A stretch of 64,000 nucleotides of DNA from Desulfomonilia bacterium (GTDB lineage: Bacteria; Desulfobacterota; Desulfomonilia; UBA1062), in NCBI GenBank assembly GCA_963664325.2, contig CAXXDQ010000003.1:1056001-1120000 (forward strand). The letters run 5' to 3'. Made by a program: the position numbers and the translations under genes. Below are positions 10,153 through 21,100 of this stretch, in pieces (the first letter of the stretch is position 1; every line of letters starts with the position of its first letter). Under the pieces are notes generated by a model. The model was not told the origin of the DNA and ran no database searches. It saw only the letters and a list, made by a program, of their open reading frames with translations.

Positions 10153-10231
10153 CATTTTGGATACTTCGATTCCCAATATCCTATATGAGAATATTTTATC
10201 AGCTCATCAGTTATAAGCTAACTTTCAGGGC

Positions 10232-10263
10232 AAAAAGGAAACCCCTCGGTAAAGGGGTTTCCT
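10232..10263 (-). terminator. Rho-independent terminator after PASTA gene 3
   Basis: aggaaacccct-cggtaa-aggggtttcct with U-tract on minus strand. Confidence 0.8.
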
Positions 10264-10269
10264 GCTGAT

Positions 10270-12384
10270 TCACATTCCAATGTTGAAATATAAAACGTGG
10301 TTTGCAACTTCCTCGCCGTTGTACCTGACACAAACTGTTCCGGGTTGAATGGTCTTGTTTGAAACAGGCAGGTTGATATTTGTGTATGTGCCTGAATAAT
10401 TACCCGTGTAGGCCACCGAGCCGGTAACGGTTCCGCTGAAGCTCAAACTTACAGATGCCGATATCGTGCCGTTTATAATGATTCTCCTGTTCCCTGTGCA
10501 GTCAACGGCGTGTGTTACTGAATTGTATATCATGGAATCCACATAATTCGTGAAAACCAGCTTTGCGAGCCCGCCGAGGCCTTGCAGGGCGACGGTGAAA
10601 TGCACATTCCCGTCACCGCACAGGTCATAGTAGGTCTCGTCCAGGCCTATGTTCGGATTCGGGTCCTGGAGCGCAACCCGTGCCAGCGGAGCCCCTAGAA
10701 CGAGTACCCCGATATTGAAAAATTCCTCCAGGGTGTAATCCATGCGGCCCTGGTCATAGTTGCTCAGATTGCTGTCGCTGTACAGGGGCGATGTACTGCA
10801 GGCCTTGACCTTGTAGTACTTGAAGTTCTTAAAGTCGTTAATGATCGGCCGCGCTTCAAGTTCATATGCGTCGATGGCGGCGGTATTGAGTGAAGACGGC
10901 AATGCCGGCAGTACCAGCACCTCAGTCTGCATGTCGTCATATGTGGTCGCGGGTGCATTTACCGAACCTGCCAGGGTGTATGTGCCGGTAGGCGTATCCG
11001 AGCGGTAGATCTCGTATTTACCCGCATTTGCCACCGCATTCCATGTGACCCTCACCTTATTGTTGAAGTTGTGGTTAAGCAGGGGGTTGGTGACCGAGGT
11101 AAGCACGACATCCGAGGCCTGCACATTCTGCGGAGTAGGAAGCTGCTCCGCGCACGCCCCGCTGGAAAGAACAAGCTGGACCGTCGATCCGGGCGGCACC
11201 AGCGTGCCCGGTGCCGGGAGCTGGCTGATCACACCGCCTGCAGGAACAGTATTGCTGCAGGTCGTACTAGTGCTGCAGACAAGGCCTGCGGCCGTCACGT
11301 CATTGCAGTTCGCAGCGTTCGGTACAGGCACCTGGCACGGTCCGGTCGAAAGTATCAGGTTGACTGTGGCACCGTAGGACAGGCCCGTTCCGGCCGGCGG
11401 GCTCAAGCCGATAAATCCGCCCTGGGGAACCGTATTGCTGCAGTAAAGCACCGTGTTGCAATGAAGGCCGGCGGCCTCGATCTCCTCGCAGGTCGTGACA
11501 TCGGGTACTGTGGCTCCGCATAACCCGGTCGATATACCAAGCTGAATAGTGGAACCCCGCAGCACCATGGTGCCAGGCTCCGGCGACTGGGTTACTACTG
11601 AACCTACGGGTACGGTATTGCTGCAGACCCTGGTCCGGCTGCAGACAAAGCCGGCCTGCTCGACGTCCTCGCAGCTCGTGACTATAGGCACAGGGACTTC
11701 TACTGTGCACGGCCCGGTTGAGATCACGAGGCTGACCGTTGTGCCAGGCTGAACCATGGTTCCGGCAGCCGGGGTCTGTCTGATCACCATGCCGACCGGT
11801 ACCGATGGACTGCAGCTCTGTGTGGCGTCGCATACAAGTCCTGCAGCTTCAATACTGGCGCAGCCTAAAGCAGCCGGGACTTCGACCTCGTTCGAGCAGA
11901 TGCCGCTTGAAAGCGTGAGCGTCACTGTGGCGCCTGCAGGAATGAAAAGGCCAGCTTCCGGGGCCTGGCTTATCACCGAGCCCTTGGGCGCCGTATCACT
12001 GCAGTTCTGCACAAGTGAGCACGCAAGGCCCGCGTTCACTATGTCATCGCAGCCCGTGGCGGAGGGTACCGCGGAGGGGGGAAGCTTCACAATGACGGTC
12101 CAGGCGCGCTCCACGGAAGAAGAGGCAAATGTGTTTCTCACCTTGACCGCGTAGGTCCCCAGGCCGTAGGTCAGACTTTTAAAAGTAAAGCCTGCTCCGG
12201 TCTCCCCGGTTACTGCGGCATCGTTTACATACCACTGGTAGGTCCCGAGCCCTGTGACCTTGAACGCCTGATTGTTGCCCCATGTCAGAGGAATGGTCCC
12301 CTCGGGCGGCGTGGTTGAAAAAATACACCCCGCCAAAACCAGAAGCGGTATCATGACCAGAAAGAGCTTCATGTTTCGCTGCAT
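10270..12384 (-). CDS. Lipoprotein with 5 Cys-rich PASTA-like repeats + FN3-like + variable C-terminus (unit 3)
   Basis: 704 aa; lipobox LAGC; AGGAG RBS; N-terminal ~430 aa essentially identical to 5216..7318, then divergent. Confidence 0.87.
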   Translation of the reverse strand: MQRNMKLFLVMIPLLVLAGCIFSTTPPEGTIPLTWGNNQAFKVTGLGTYQWYVNDAAVTGETGAGFTFKSLTYGLGTYAVKVRNTFASSSVERAWTVIVKLPPSAVPSATGCDDIVNAGLACSLVQNCSDTAPKGSVISQAPEAGLFIPAGATVTLTLSSGICSNEVEVPAALGCASIEAAGLVCDATQSCSPSVPVGMVIRQTPAAGTMVQPGTTVSLVISTGPCTVEVPVPIVTSCEDVEQAGFVCSRTRVCSNTVPVGSVVTQSPEPGTMVLRGSTIQLGISTGLCGATVPDVTTCEEIEAAGLHCNTVLYCSNTVPQGGFIGLSPPAGTGLSYGATVNLILSTGPCQVPVPNAANCNDVTAAGLVCSTSTTCSNTVPAGGVISQLPAPGTLVPPGSTVQLVLSSGACAEQLPTPQNVQASDVVLTSVTNPLLNHNFNNKVRVTWNAVANAGKYEIYRSDTPTGTYTLAGSVNAPATTYDDMQTEVLVLPALPSSLNTAAIDAYELEARPIINDFKNFKYYKVKACSTSPLYSDSNLSNYDQGRMDYTLEEFFNIGVLVLGAPLARVALQDPNPNIGLDETYYDLCGDGNVHFTVALQGLGGLAKLVFTNYVDSMIYNSVTHAVDCTGNRRIIINGTISASVSLSFSGTVTGSVAYTGNYSGTYTNINLPVSNKTIQPGTVCVRYNGEEVANHVLYFNIGM
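11078..12369. repeat. ~1292-bp direct repeat, copy B
   Basis: matches 6012..7303 at 5066-bp offset. Confidence 0.9.
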
Positions 12385-12450
12385 ATTCTTTCTCCTTTTA
12401 ATTTAATTCTCCCCGGGGATTTCTTATCCGGCCCCGGCGTGTAACTATAA

Positions 12451-12482
12451 ACTGGAGGGAGGACTGTTTGCCCTCCCCCGGT
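12451..12482 (-). terminator. Intergenic stem-loop between PKD and PASTA genes of unit 3
   Basis: actggagggagg...cctcccccggt imperfect stem. Confidence 0.5.
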
Positions 12483-12495
12483 TAGCCGGTAGTTT

Positions 12496-14967
12496 TTAAT
12501 CCCAGATTACATACGTGATGTCATCGAAGAACATCTCGTCAGCGCCTGAGTATATGTAGTCGTAGCCGGCAAAAGCGAGAGTTGTAACATACCGGTCAAC
12601 GGCATACGGTGTTGTAGAATTCTCCCCTCTGTAGGCCCAGGTGTTTTTTGCAAAAGTGGGGGGATCATCGGGGCCGATCTCTTTGAATACTGCACCGTCC
12701 AGCAGGAGCTTGGTGTTGATGTTGGAACCACCAAAGATATTCGGGTACCAGTTCAGCCACAGGCCCACCGAGATCATATAGGCATTGACCGGGGTGGTCA
12801 CTATGGTCGTATTGGATGAACCGGAACTCAAGTTGGAGTGGATGTCATAGGAATGGCTAGCGCTGTTATATCTGTCAGTGGAGATTCTCCTGTCCACGTT
12901 GCCGATTGCAGTTGTAACGGACCAGGTCCCCATTCCGCTCTCCCAGTCCTGGATGATCGTAGCCTGCGACGTGGTCAGCGTAACCGTGTCGATGCCGCTG
13001 TTTTCCGTTCCGTCGTTCACGACCAGATTGATCACATAGGAGCCCGGCTTGTCGAGGGTGATGGTCGGATTCATGACGGTCGAGCTGGAAAGTGCGGCGG
13101 AGCTTCCGACCGGCTTGCTGGTAAGTGTCCAGGCATAGGTAAGCGGGTCACCGTCAATGTCAGAGCTTCCGTTCCCGTTAACCTGGGCCATGCGATTGGC
13201 ATAGTGGACGGTCTGATTTGAACCGGCCTCGGAAACAGGTGCGTTGTTGGTTGAATTGATCTGGACCGTATCGGCGTTGCTGTTCACCGTGCCGTCATTC
13301 ACCACCAGGCTCAGTACGTAGTTGCCCTTCTTGTCCGGTGTGAAGGTCGGATTCGCGATGGACGGGTTGGAAACTCCTGCCGAGCTGCCCGCCGGGGCTG
13401 AAACGACGGCCCAGGTAAAGGTCAGGGTATCTCCGTCGATATCGGAACCGCTGCCGTTAAGCTGTGCCGAGTGGTGTGAGAGAATGTTTATGTCGTTGCC
13501 TGCGTTCGCAACCGGTGCATTGTTTGTGGTCGTGAGCGTTACCGTGTCCGGTGCGCTTGCGAGGTTTTCATTATCCTTGACGATCAGGCTGAACGTGTAT
13601 GTGCCTTTCTTGTCGGATGTGAAATACGGATTTTGGATGTTGGCATCGGAAAGTGCCGCCGTGCTTCCTGACGGGGCTGACTCAATTGTCCACGCATAGG
13701 TGAGGGGATCGTTGTCCGGGTCGGTCCCGCTGCCGTTCAGCTGTGCCGTCTGGGTGTAGGGGATGCTCATCGGTGCCCCGGCTTCGGCCACAGGCACATG
13801 GTTGGAGCAGGTTATCTGCACAGTATCTTCAGCGGTGAGGTCGCCGTCGCTTACGATAAGCTTGAGGATATATGCCCCTTTCTTGTCAGGCGTGAATGTC
13901 GGGTTGACGATGGAGTCGTCGGACAGCATGGCTATGCTCCCGCCGGGCCTTGACGTTACCGACCATGAGTAAGTCAGCGCCGTGCCGTCGGGGTCCGTGC
14001 TCAGGCTGCCGTCGAGATGGGCCATAGCCCCGAAGTCCGATACCGTGATGTCATTGCCTGCGTTTGCAACTGGTGCGGTATTATAGACTGTTACGTTGAT
14101 CCAGTCGACGCCGCTGTCGAAAGTACCGTCGTTCACGACCAGCCTTATGACGTAAAGGCCCTTCTTGTCGGGCGTGAAGCTTGGTGTCATGCTGTGGATA
14201 TTGTCAAGCACCGCTGAACTGCCGGCCGGGGCGGTGTCGATTCCCCATGTGAAGGACAGGCCGTGATGCTCTGGGTCGCTGCTGGCGCTGCCATCGAGAG
14301 TGACCTGATTGCCGAACACGACGTTCTGGTCAGCCCCTGCATCGGCCGTTGGCGGGAGGAAATCCGAATAGACGTTGATTACTACCGCATCACTGGCGCT
14401 GTTGGATTCGCCGTCGTTAACAATCAGGCGGATTGTGTAGGCGCCTTCGATATCTGGAGTAAAGCCCGGGTTGACAGCGTAGGGGTCGTCAAGGGCTGCA
14501 TTGCTGCCGGACGGTCTTCCAACCATGGTCCAGAGGTAGACCAGCGAATGGGACTCAGGGTCTGAGCTGGCGCTGCCGTCCAGGGATACGTCGTTGCCGA
14601 AATACACGTTCTGGTCAGGGCCTGCATTGGCAATCGGCGGCAGGTTGTAGTAGACTTCCACAGTCCACTCTTTTACCAGCGTCTTGCCGTTGAGCAGGTC
14701 CTTGGTCTGCACCTTGAAGGTGTTTGTGCCCTTGTCGCCGGCCTCGGCGTAGTATGTGTAGGATGCGCCGGAGGCCCCGCCAATAACCGTGCCGTTCTTG
14801 TACCATTCATACGGGCCGTTCAGCATGCCCGAGACCTTGAACGTCTGGGAGACGCCCACCTTTATTGTGATCGGAGAACCGGTTGAAGGAGTGGTACTCA
14901 TGATGCAGCCACTCAACCAAAGGGCCATGATGGAAAATATGGCCAACAGCATTGCATTTTTTCTCAT
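12496..14967 (-). CDS. Lipoprotein: Ig-like module + 6 PKD-like repeats + tip related to that of 24785..30682 (unit 3)
   Basis: ORF 12496..14994; start at MRKNAML (14967) behind AGGAGG; lipobox LSGC; tip ...WLNWYPNIFGG...GADEMFFDDITYVIWD. Confidence 0.88.
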   Translation of the reverse strand: MRKNAMLLAIFSIMALWLSGCIMSTTPSTGSPITIKVGVSQTFKVSGMLNGPYEWYKNGTVIGGASGASYTYYAEAGDKGTNTFKVQTKDLLNGKTLVKEWTVEVYYNLPPIANAGPDQNVYFGNDVSLDGSASSDPESHSLVYLWTMVGRPSGSNAALDDPYAVNPGFTPDIEGAYTIRLIVNDGESNSASDAVVINVYSDFLPPTADAGADQNVVFGNQVTLDGSASSDPEHHGLSFTWGIDTAPAGSSAVLDNIHSMTPSFTPDKKGLYVIRLVVNDGTFDSGVDWINVTVYNTAPVANAGNDITVSDFGAMAHLDGSLSTDPDGTALTYSWSVTSRPGGSIAMLSDDSIVNPTFTPDKKGAYILKLIVSDGDLTAEDTVQITCSNHVPVAEAGAPMSIPYTQTAQLNGSGTDPDNDPLTYAWTIESAPSGSTAALSDANIQNPYFTSDKKGTYTFSLIVKDNENLASAPDTVTLTTTNNAPVANAGNDINILSHHSAQLNGSGSDIDGDTLTFTWAVVSAPAGSSAGVSNPSIANPTFTPDKKGNYVLSLVVNDGTVNSNADTVQINSTNNAPVSEAGSNQTVHYANRMAQVNGNGSSDIDGDPLTYAWTLTSKPVGSSAALSSSTVMNPTITLDKPGSYVINLVVNDGTENSGIDTVTLTTSQATIIQDWESGMGTWSVTTAIGNVDRRISTDRYNSASHSYDIHSNLSSGSSNTTIVTTPVNAYMISVGLWLNWYPNIFGGSNINTKLLLDGAVFKEIGPDDPPTFAKNTWAYRGENSTTPYAVDRYVTTLAFAGYDYIYSGADEMFFDDITYVIWD

Positions 14968-15079
14968 TGTTTCCTCCTGCATTTTATTTTGCATGCGGCC
15001 CTTGCGGCCGTATACCGTTATTTTTAAAAAACCCTGACTTCTTTATTTCCTATCATAAATTCCGTCTTCCTGCAGTTAA

Positions 15080-15112
15080 AACTTGGAGGAAGGCCAAGGG
15101 CCTTCCTCCAGT
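15080..15112 (-). terminator. Stem-loop/terminator after giant PKD gene
   Basis: tggaggaaggcc-aag-ggccttcctcca with short U-tract on minus strand. Confidence 0.65.
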
Positions 15113-15127
15113 GTTGCTGAACCTCTC

Positions 15128-18100
15128 CTAATTCCAGATAGTGACAGAGATGTCATCGGAGTACATACTATGCGATATATAAGTAGCACCTCCGGTGCCG
15201 TTCATCCTGAGTGTAATATCCGTTACCACCCGGTTGGGAGCCCAGGAATACTGTGTCCAGGAGTTGTTGCCGCCATAATGGACCCTCTCGGTGGTGCCCT
15301 CGAAAATGCCAGCTAGGTCTGCCGGGAACTTTTCCGCCACGGGGGTATAGAACCAGGCGCTCATTGATATTACAAATTTGCCCGCATAATTGGTTACACT
15401 GGCATAGCCAGACCCGCAATTGCCGAGGAAATTATTACAGTCAGATATCTGATAACCATTTGATCCTGAACGTTTTTGGTTGCCGTTAACTCCCACAGTG
15501 CCCATGTTAGAGCCCTTGTATGCAGTCCATGCGACACCATTGCTGTCGTTCAAGCTGCTCTCCCACCCTGTGGTGTACGTAGCCTGCGACGTGGTAAAGG
15601 TGACCGTATCGGCGGCGCTGCTCGCTTCGCCGTCGTTCACGACAAGGCTGAAGGTATATGTGCCCGGGGTGGCTATGGTGAAGCTCGGGGTCATGGTGTT
15701 GGGATTTGTGATCGTTACCGTCGTACCGGCAGTCTGTGTCCATGCGTAGGTCAGTGTATCGCCGTCAGGGTCCGAACTGCCGTTCCCGTTGAGCGTGACT
15801 GCGCGGTTGGCATAGAGGAGCGCGCTATTACCGGTGCCTGCCTCGGCCGTTGGCGCACGGTTGGATGCGGTGATGGTCATGGTGTCCGCCGCACTGTTCG
15901 TCTCGCCGTCGTTCACGATCAGCTGTATTGTGTACGAACCCGACTTGTCCGGCCTGAACGTCGGGTTCACGATGGTTGTGCTGGAAAGTGCCGCCGTGCT
16001 GCCGGAAGGCCTTGCCGTTACCGACCATGCATAAGTCAGAGCATCGCCGTCCGCGTCTGAGCTGCCGCTGCCGCTCAGGTTCACAAGGGTGTTCTTGTAG
16101 ACGCTCTGGTTTGTGCCAGCCTCGGCCACAGGCGCGCGGTTGGTTGCTGTGACGGTCATTGTGTCAGCCGCGCTGCTCACGGTGCCGTCGTTCACGATCA
16201 ACTGGATCGTGTAAACGCCCTTCTTGTCCGGCGTGAACGTCGGGTTCACGATCGCGGCATTGGAAAGGGTGGCCGTGCTGCCGGAAGGCCTGCCGGTTAT
16301 CGACCATGCATAAGTCAGCGTGTCGGAGTCAGGATCTGAACTGCCGCTGCCGCTCAGGCTGGCCGTTCCGCCGTTTACGAAGCTCTGATTGGCTCCGGCC
16401 TCGGCAGTTGGCGCCCTGTTGGGCACAGTGATGGTCATTGTATCAGTGGTGGTGTTGACGCCGTCGAACACGCTGAGCCGCAGAGTAAATGCGCCCTTCT
16501 TGTCAGGCGTGAAGGTCGGGTTCCAGATGGTCGTGCTTACCGGCTGGGCCGTGCTGCCGGACGGTGCCGAGATGACCGACCATGTCGGGTATAGCGGCTG
16601 GGATTCAGGGTCAACGCCGCTTCCGCTGAGACTTGCGGTCTGGCCCTTGTAGACCGGGTTCTGATCCGGGCCGGCCTCAGCCGTTGGCGGGTCGTTGTAG
16701 GCCGTGATCGTTACGAAGTCAGCCGCGCTTACGTTGACGCCGTCGGATACGGTGAGGCTGATCAGGTATGCGCCCTTTCTGTCAGGTGTAAGGGTCGGGG
16801 CTATTGCATTGACGTTGGAAAGCCCTGCGCTGCTGCCTGACGGTGCTGAAACGATGGCCCATGTGTAAATCAGCGTCTCGTTCTCCGGGTCGTGGCTGCC
16901 GCTGCCGTTGAGCGTTGCGGTCAGGCCCGTGCCGAAGAAGATGCTCTGATCGCTGCCTGCTTCCGCAGTAGGCGCTTCGTTGGGCACTGTGATGGTCATG
17001 GTGTCCGCTGAGCTTGCGTTGACTCCGTCGTTCACGGTCAGGCTCATTACGTATGCGCCTGACTTGTCCGGTGTGAAGGTCGGGTTTGCTATGGCTGCGT
17101 TGGAGAGTGCCGCAACGCTGCCTGCCGGGGCGCTGGTGATGGTCCATGCAAAGGTAAGCGGCTGGGATTCAGGATCGATGCCGCTCCCGTTAAGCGTTGC
17201 CAGCGTGTTCCATACGACTATCTGATCAACGCCTGCCTCGGCCGTCGGGGCCTCGTTGTATGCGGTTATTGTGACGGAATCCGCGGCGCTTACATTGACG
17301 CCGTCGGATACGGTGAGGCTGATCAGGTACACGCCTTTCATATCAGGCGTCAGGCTCGGCGATATCGCGTTGACATCGGATAGTGCGGCTGCACTGCCGA
17401 TAGGGGCGCTTGTTATCGTCCAGTGGTACGTCAGAGGGTCGCCTTCAGGATCGTGGCTTCCGCTCCCGTTAAGGGTGGCCGCCTCTCCCAGGCCGAAGAA
17501 GATGCTCTGGTCGCTGCCTGCTTCAGCAGTCGGCGCATTGTTGGCTACCGTGATCGTGACCGTATCAGGCGCGCTTGAGTTGACTCCATCGTTCACGACG
17601 AGGCTGATCACATACTGTCCCGATTTGTCCGGTGTGAAGGTCGGGGACACCGTGGCCGCGCCGGAAAGTGTTGCTGTGCTGCCTGTCGGGGCGCTGGTGA
17701 TGGTCCATGCGAAGCTGAGAGGCTGGCCTTCAGGATCGAAGCTGCCGTTGCCATTGAGCGTAGCCAGGGTGTTCCAGACAACGTCCTGGTTGGCGCCGGC
17801 ATCGGCCGTTGGCGCTGCGTTGCCAGCGGTTACGGTAAGCGTATCAGCGGAGCTGAAATTGGTTCCATCAGATACGACGAGGCTGAGCACATATTCGCCT
17901 GCCCTGTCCGGTATGAAGCTCGGACCCGCTATAGCCGGATTGCTGAGCGCTACGGTGCTGCCGGCTGGACGTGTAGTGATGGTCCACGCATAGGTAAGCG
18001 TCTGGTTTTCTGGATCGGTGCCGCTTCCGCTAAGCGTTACCACTGCGCCGTAACCGAAGAGCACGTTCTGGTTCGGCCCTGCTTCGGCAGTCGGCGCATT

Positions 18101-21100
18101 GTTGGGCACATTGATTGTGACCGTGTCGGCGGAGCTTGTGTTGACTCCATCGGACACGATGAGGCTGAATACGTAATCGCCGGTCTTGTCCGGTGTGAAG
18201 CTCGGATTTGCGATGGCCGGGTTGGAGAGTGAGGCAAGGCTGCCGGCCGGGGCGCTTGTGATGGTCCACGCATAGGTGAGAGGCTGGGATTCAGGATCAG
18301 TGCCGCTACCGCTGAGCGTTGCCAGTGTGTTCCAGGTGACGGTCTGGTTGTCACCGGCCTCTGCCGTAGGTGCCGCGTTGTAGGCAGTTACGGTTACCGT
18401 GTCAGCGGTGCTTAAGTTGACGCCGTCGGACACGGTGAGGCTTATCACGTATGCGCCCATCTTATCCGGGGTGAAGCTCGGATTCACGATGGCCGGGTTG
18501 CTGAGAGCTACGGTGCTGCCTGCCGGACGCGATGTGATGGTCCACGCATAGGTGAGCGGTTCGCCTTCAGGATCATGGCTGGCACTGCCGTTGAGTGTTG
18601 CAATCGCGCCGTAGCCGAAGAGGACGTTCTGGTCCGCACCGGCATTGGCTATGGGCGCCGTGTTGGGCACCGTGATGGTCATGGTATCCGGGGTGCTGAA
18701 ATTGACTCCGTCGCTAACGACAAGGCTCATTACATACGCGCCTGACTTGTCCGGTGTGAAGGTCGGGTTTGCTATGGCCGCGTTGGAGAGTGCCGCCACG
18801 CTGCCGGCCGGACGTGAGGTGATGGTCCACGCGTATGTGAGAGGCTGGGATTCAGGATCGGTTCCGCTACCGCTGAGCGTTGCCAGCGTGTTCCATGTGA
18901 CCGTCTGGTTGTCACCGGCATTGGCTGTCGGGGCCGCGTTGTAGGCTGTGATTGTTACCGTGTCAGCGGCGCTTGTGTTGACGCCGTCGGATACGGTTAG
19001 GCTCATGACGTAAGCGCCCAGTTTATCCGGTACAAAGGTCGGGTTCGCGATGGCCGGGTTGGAAAGTGCCGCAACGCTGCCGGCCGGTGCGCTGGTGATA
19101 GTCCATGCATAGGTCAGAGGCTGGGATTCAGGATCGTTGCCGCTGCCGCTGAGCGTTGCCGCCGCGCCGTAACCGAAGAGGACGTTCTGATTTGCTCCGG
19201 CCTCTGCCGTCGGTACGAGGTTACCGGACGTGATTGTCATCGTGTCAGGAGCACTTGAGTGGACTCCGTCGTTCACGACGAGGCTCATCACATATGAACC
19301 CATCTTGTCAGGTGTGAATGTCGGGTTTGCGATGGACGTGTTGGAAAGTGCCGCGGTACTGCCGGCCGGTGCGCTGGTTATGGTCCACGCATAGGTGAGA
19401 GGCTGGGACTCTGGATCAATGCCGCTGCCGCTCAGTGTCACGGATGCACCGTAACCGAAGAGGACGCTCTGATCCGCTCCGGCGTTAGCCGTTGGTGCTA
19501 GGTTGCCGGCTGTGACTGATACCGTGTCGGCTGCGCTCAGGTTGACTCCGTCGGATACGACCAGGCTGATTACATACACGCCCTGCTTGTCAGGCGTTAA
19601 GGTCGGATTCACGATGGCCGGATTACTGAGTGCAGCAAGGCTGCCTGAAGGAGCGCTGGTGATGGTCCACGCATAAGTCAGCGGGTCGTTCTCCGGGTCA
19701 TGGCTGGCGCTCCCGTTGAGTGTTGCCGTTGCGCCGTAGCCGAAGAGGATGTTCTGGTCACTGCCTGCTTCCGCTGTTGGTGCCGTGTTGGGTACCGTAA
19801 TTGTTACCGTGTCGGCGGTGCTGAAATTGACGCCGTCGGACACGATGAGGCTCATTACATACGCACCGGTCTTATCCGGTGTGAAGGCCGGGTTGGCGAT
19901 GGCCGCATTGGAGAGCGCCGCATGGCTTCCTGCAGGTGCGCTGGATATGGTCCATGCGTAGGTAAGCGGCTGGGCTTCAGGATCGGTCCCGCTGCCGTTC
20001 AGAGTTGCCAGGGTGTTCCATGCAACCGTCTGGTTCTCACCGGCCTCGGCCGTCGGGGCCACGTTGTAGGCGGTTATGGTGACTGCATCCGGGGCGCTCA
20101 GGTTGACGCCGTCGGATACGACCAGGCTGATCAGGTACGTGCCCTTCTTATCGGGCGTCAGTGTCGGGGAGACCGAGCTCGGGTTAACCAGTGCGGCGCT
20201 GCTGCCGGACGGTGCAGAAACAATCGTCCAGGTATAGGTCAGCGCGTCGTTGTCCGGGTCTGAGCTGCCGCTCCCGTTAAGTGTTGCGGTGGCGCCCAGG
20301 CCGAAGAATATGCTCTGGTCCTCGCCCGCTTCAGCAGTGGGCGCGCGGTTGGGTGCGGTGATGGTCATGGTGTCCGCGGAGCTGAAATTGACTCCATCGG
20401 AAACGATGAGGCTCATTACATAGGCACCCGGCTTATCCGGCGTGAAGCTCGGATTTGCAATGGCTGCGTTGGAGAGTACCGCCACACTGCCTGCCGGGGC
20501 GCTGGTTATGGTCCACGCATAGGTGAGGGGCTGGGATTCAGGATCGGTGCCGCTCCCGTTGAGTGTCGCCATTGTGCCCACGTTGAGAGGATTGATATCC
20601 GCGCCGGCATTGGCCGTTGGTGCCAGGTTGTAGGCGGTTATTGTTACCGTGTCCGCAGCGCTTACATTGACCCCGTCGGATACGGTGAGGCTCAGCACAT
20701 ACGCGCCTTTCTTGTCAGGCGTGAAACTCGGTGCAATTGCTGCCGGATCTGAAAGTGCGGCGCTGCTGCCGACCGGGGCGCTGGTGATGGTCCATGAGTA
20801 GGTCAGCGGATCGCCTTCGGGATCTGAGCTACCGCTCCCGTTAAGGGTTACCGAGGCTCCGAGGCCGAAGAAGATGCTCTGGTCCGCACCGGCTTCGGCC
20901 GTAGGTGCCGTATTGGGAACGGTGATGGTGACAGTATCGCTGGCGCTGTTGACCCCGTCGGATACGGTTAGGGTAAGTACATACGCGCCCGTCTTGTTCG
21001 GAGTGAAGGTCGGGTTTGCGATGGCCGGGTTGGAGAGTGCAGCGGTGCTGCCTGTCGGAGCTGTGGTGATAGCCCAAGCAAAGGTGAGCGGCTGGGCTTC

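Noticed and set aside
142-12384. PASTA Ser/Thr kinase or penicillin-binding protein
   Set aside because: No kinase or transpeptidase motifs
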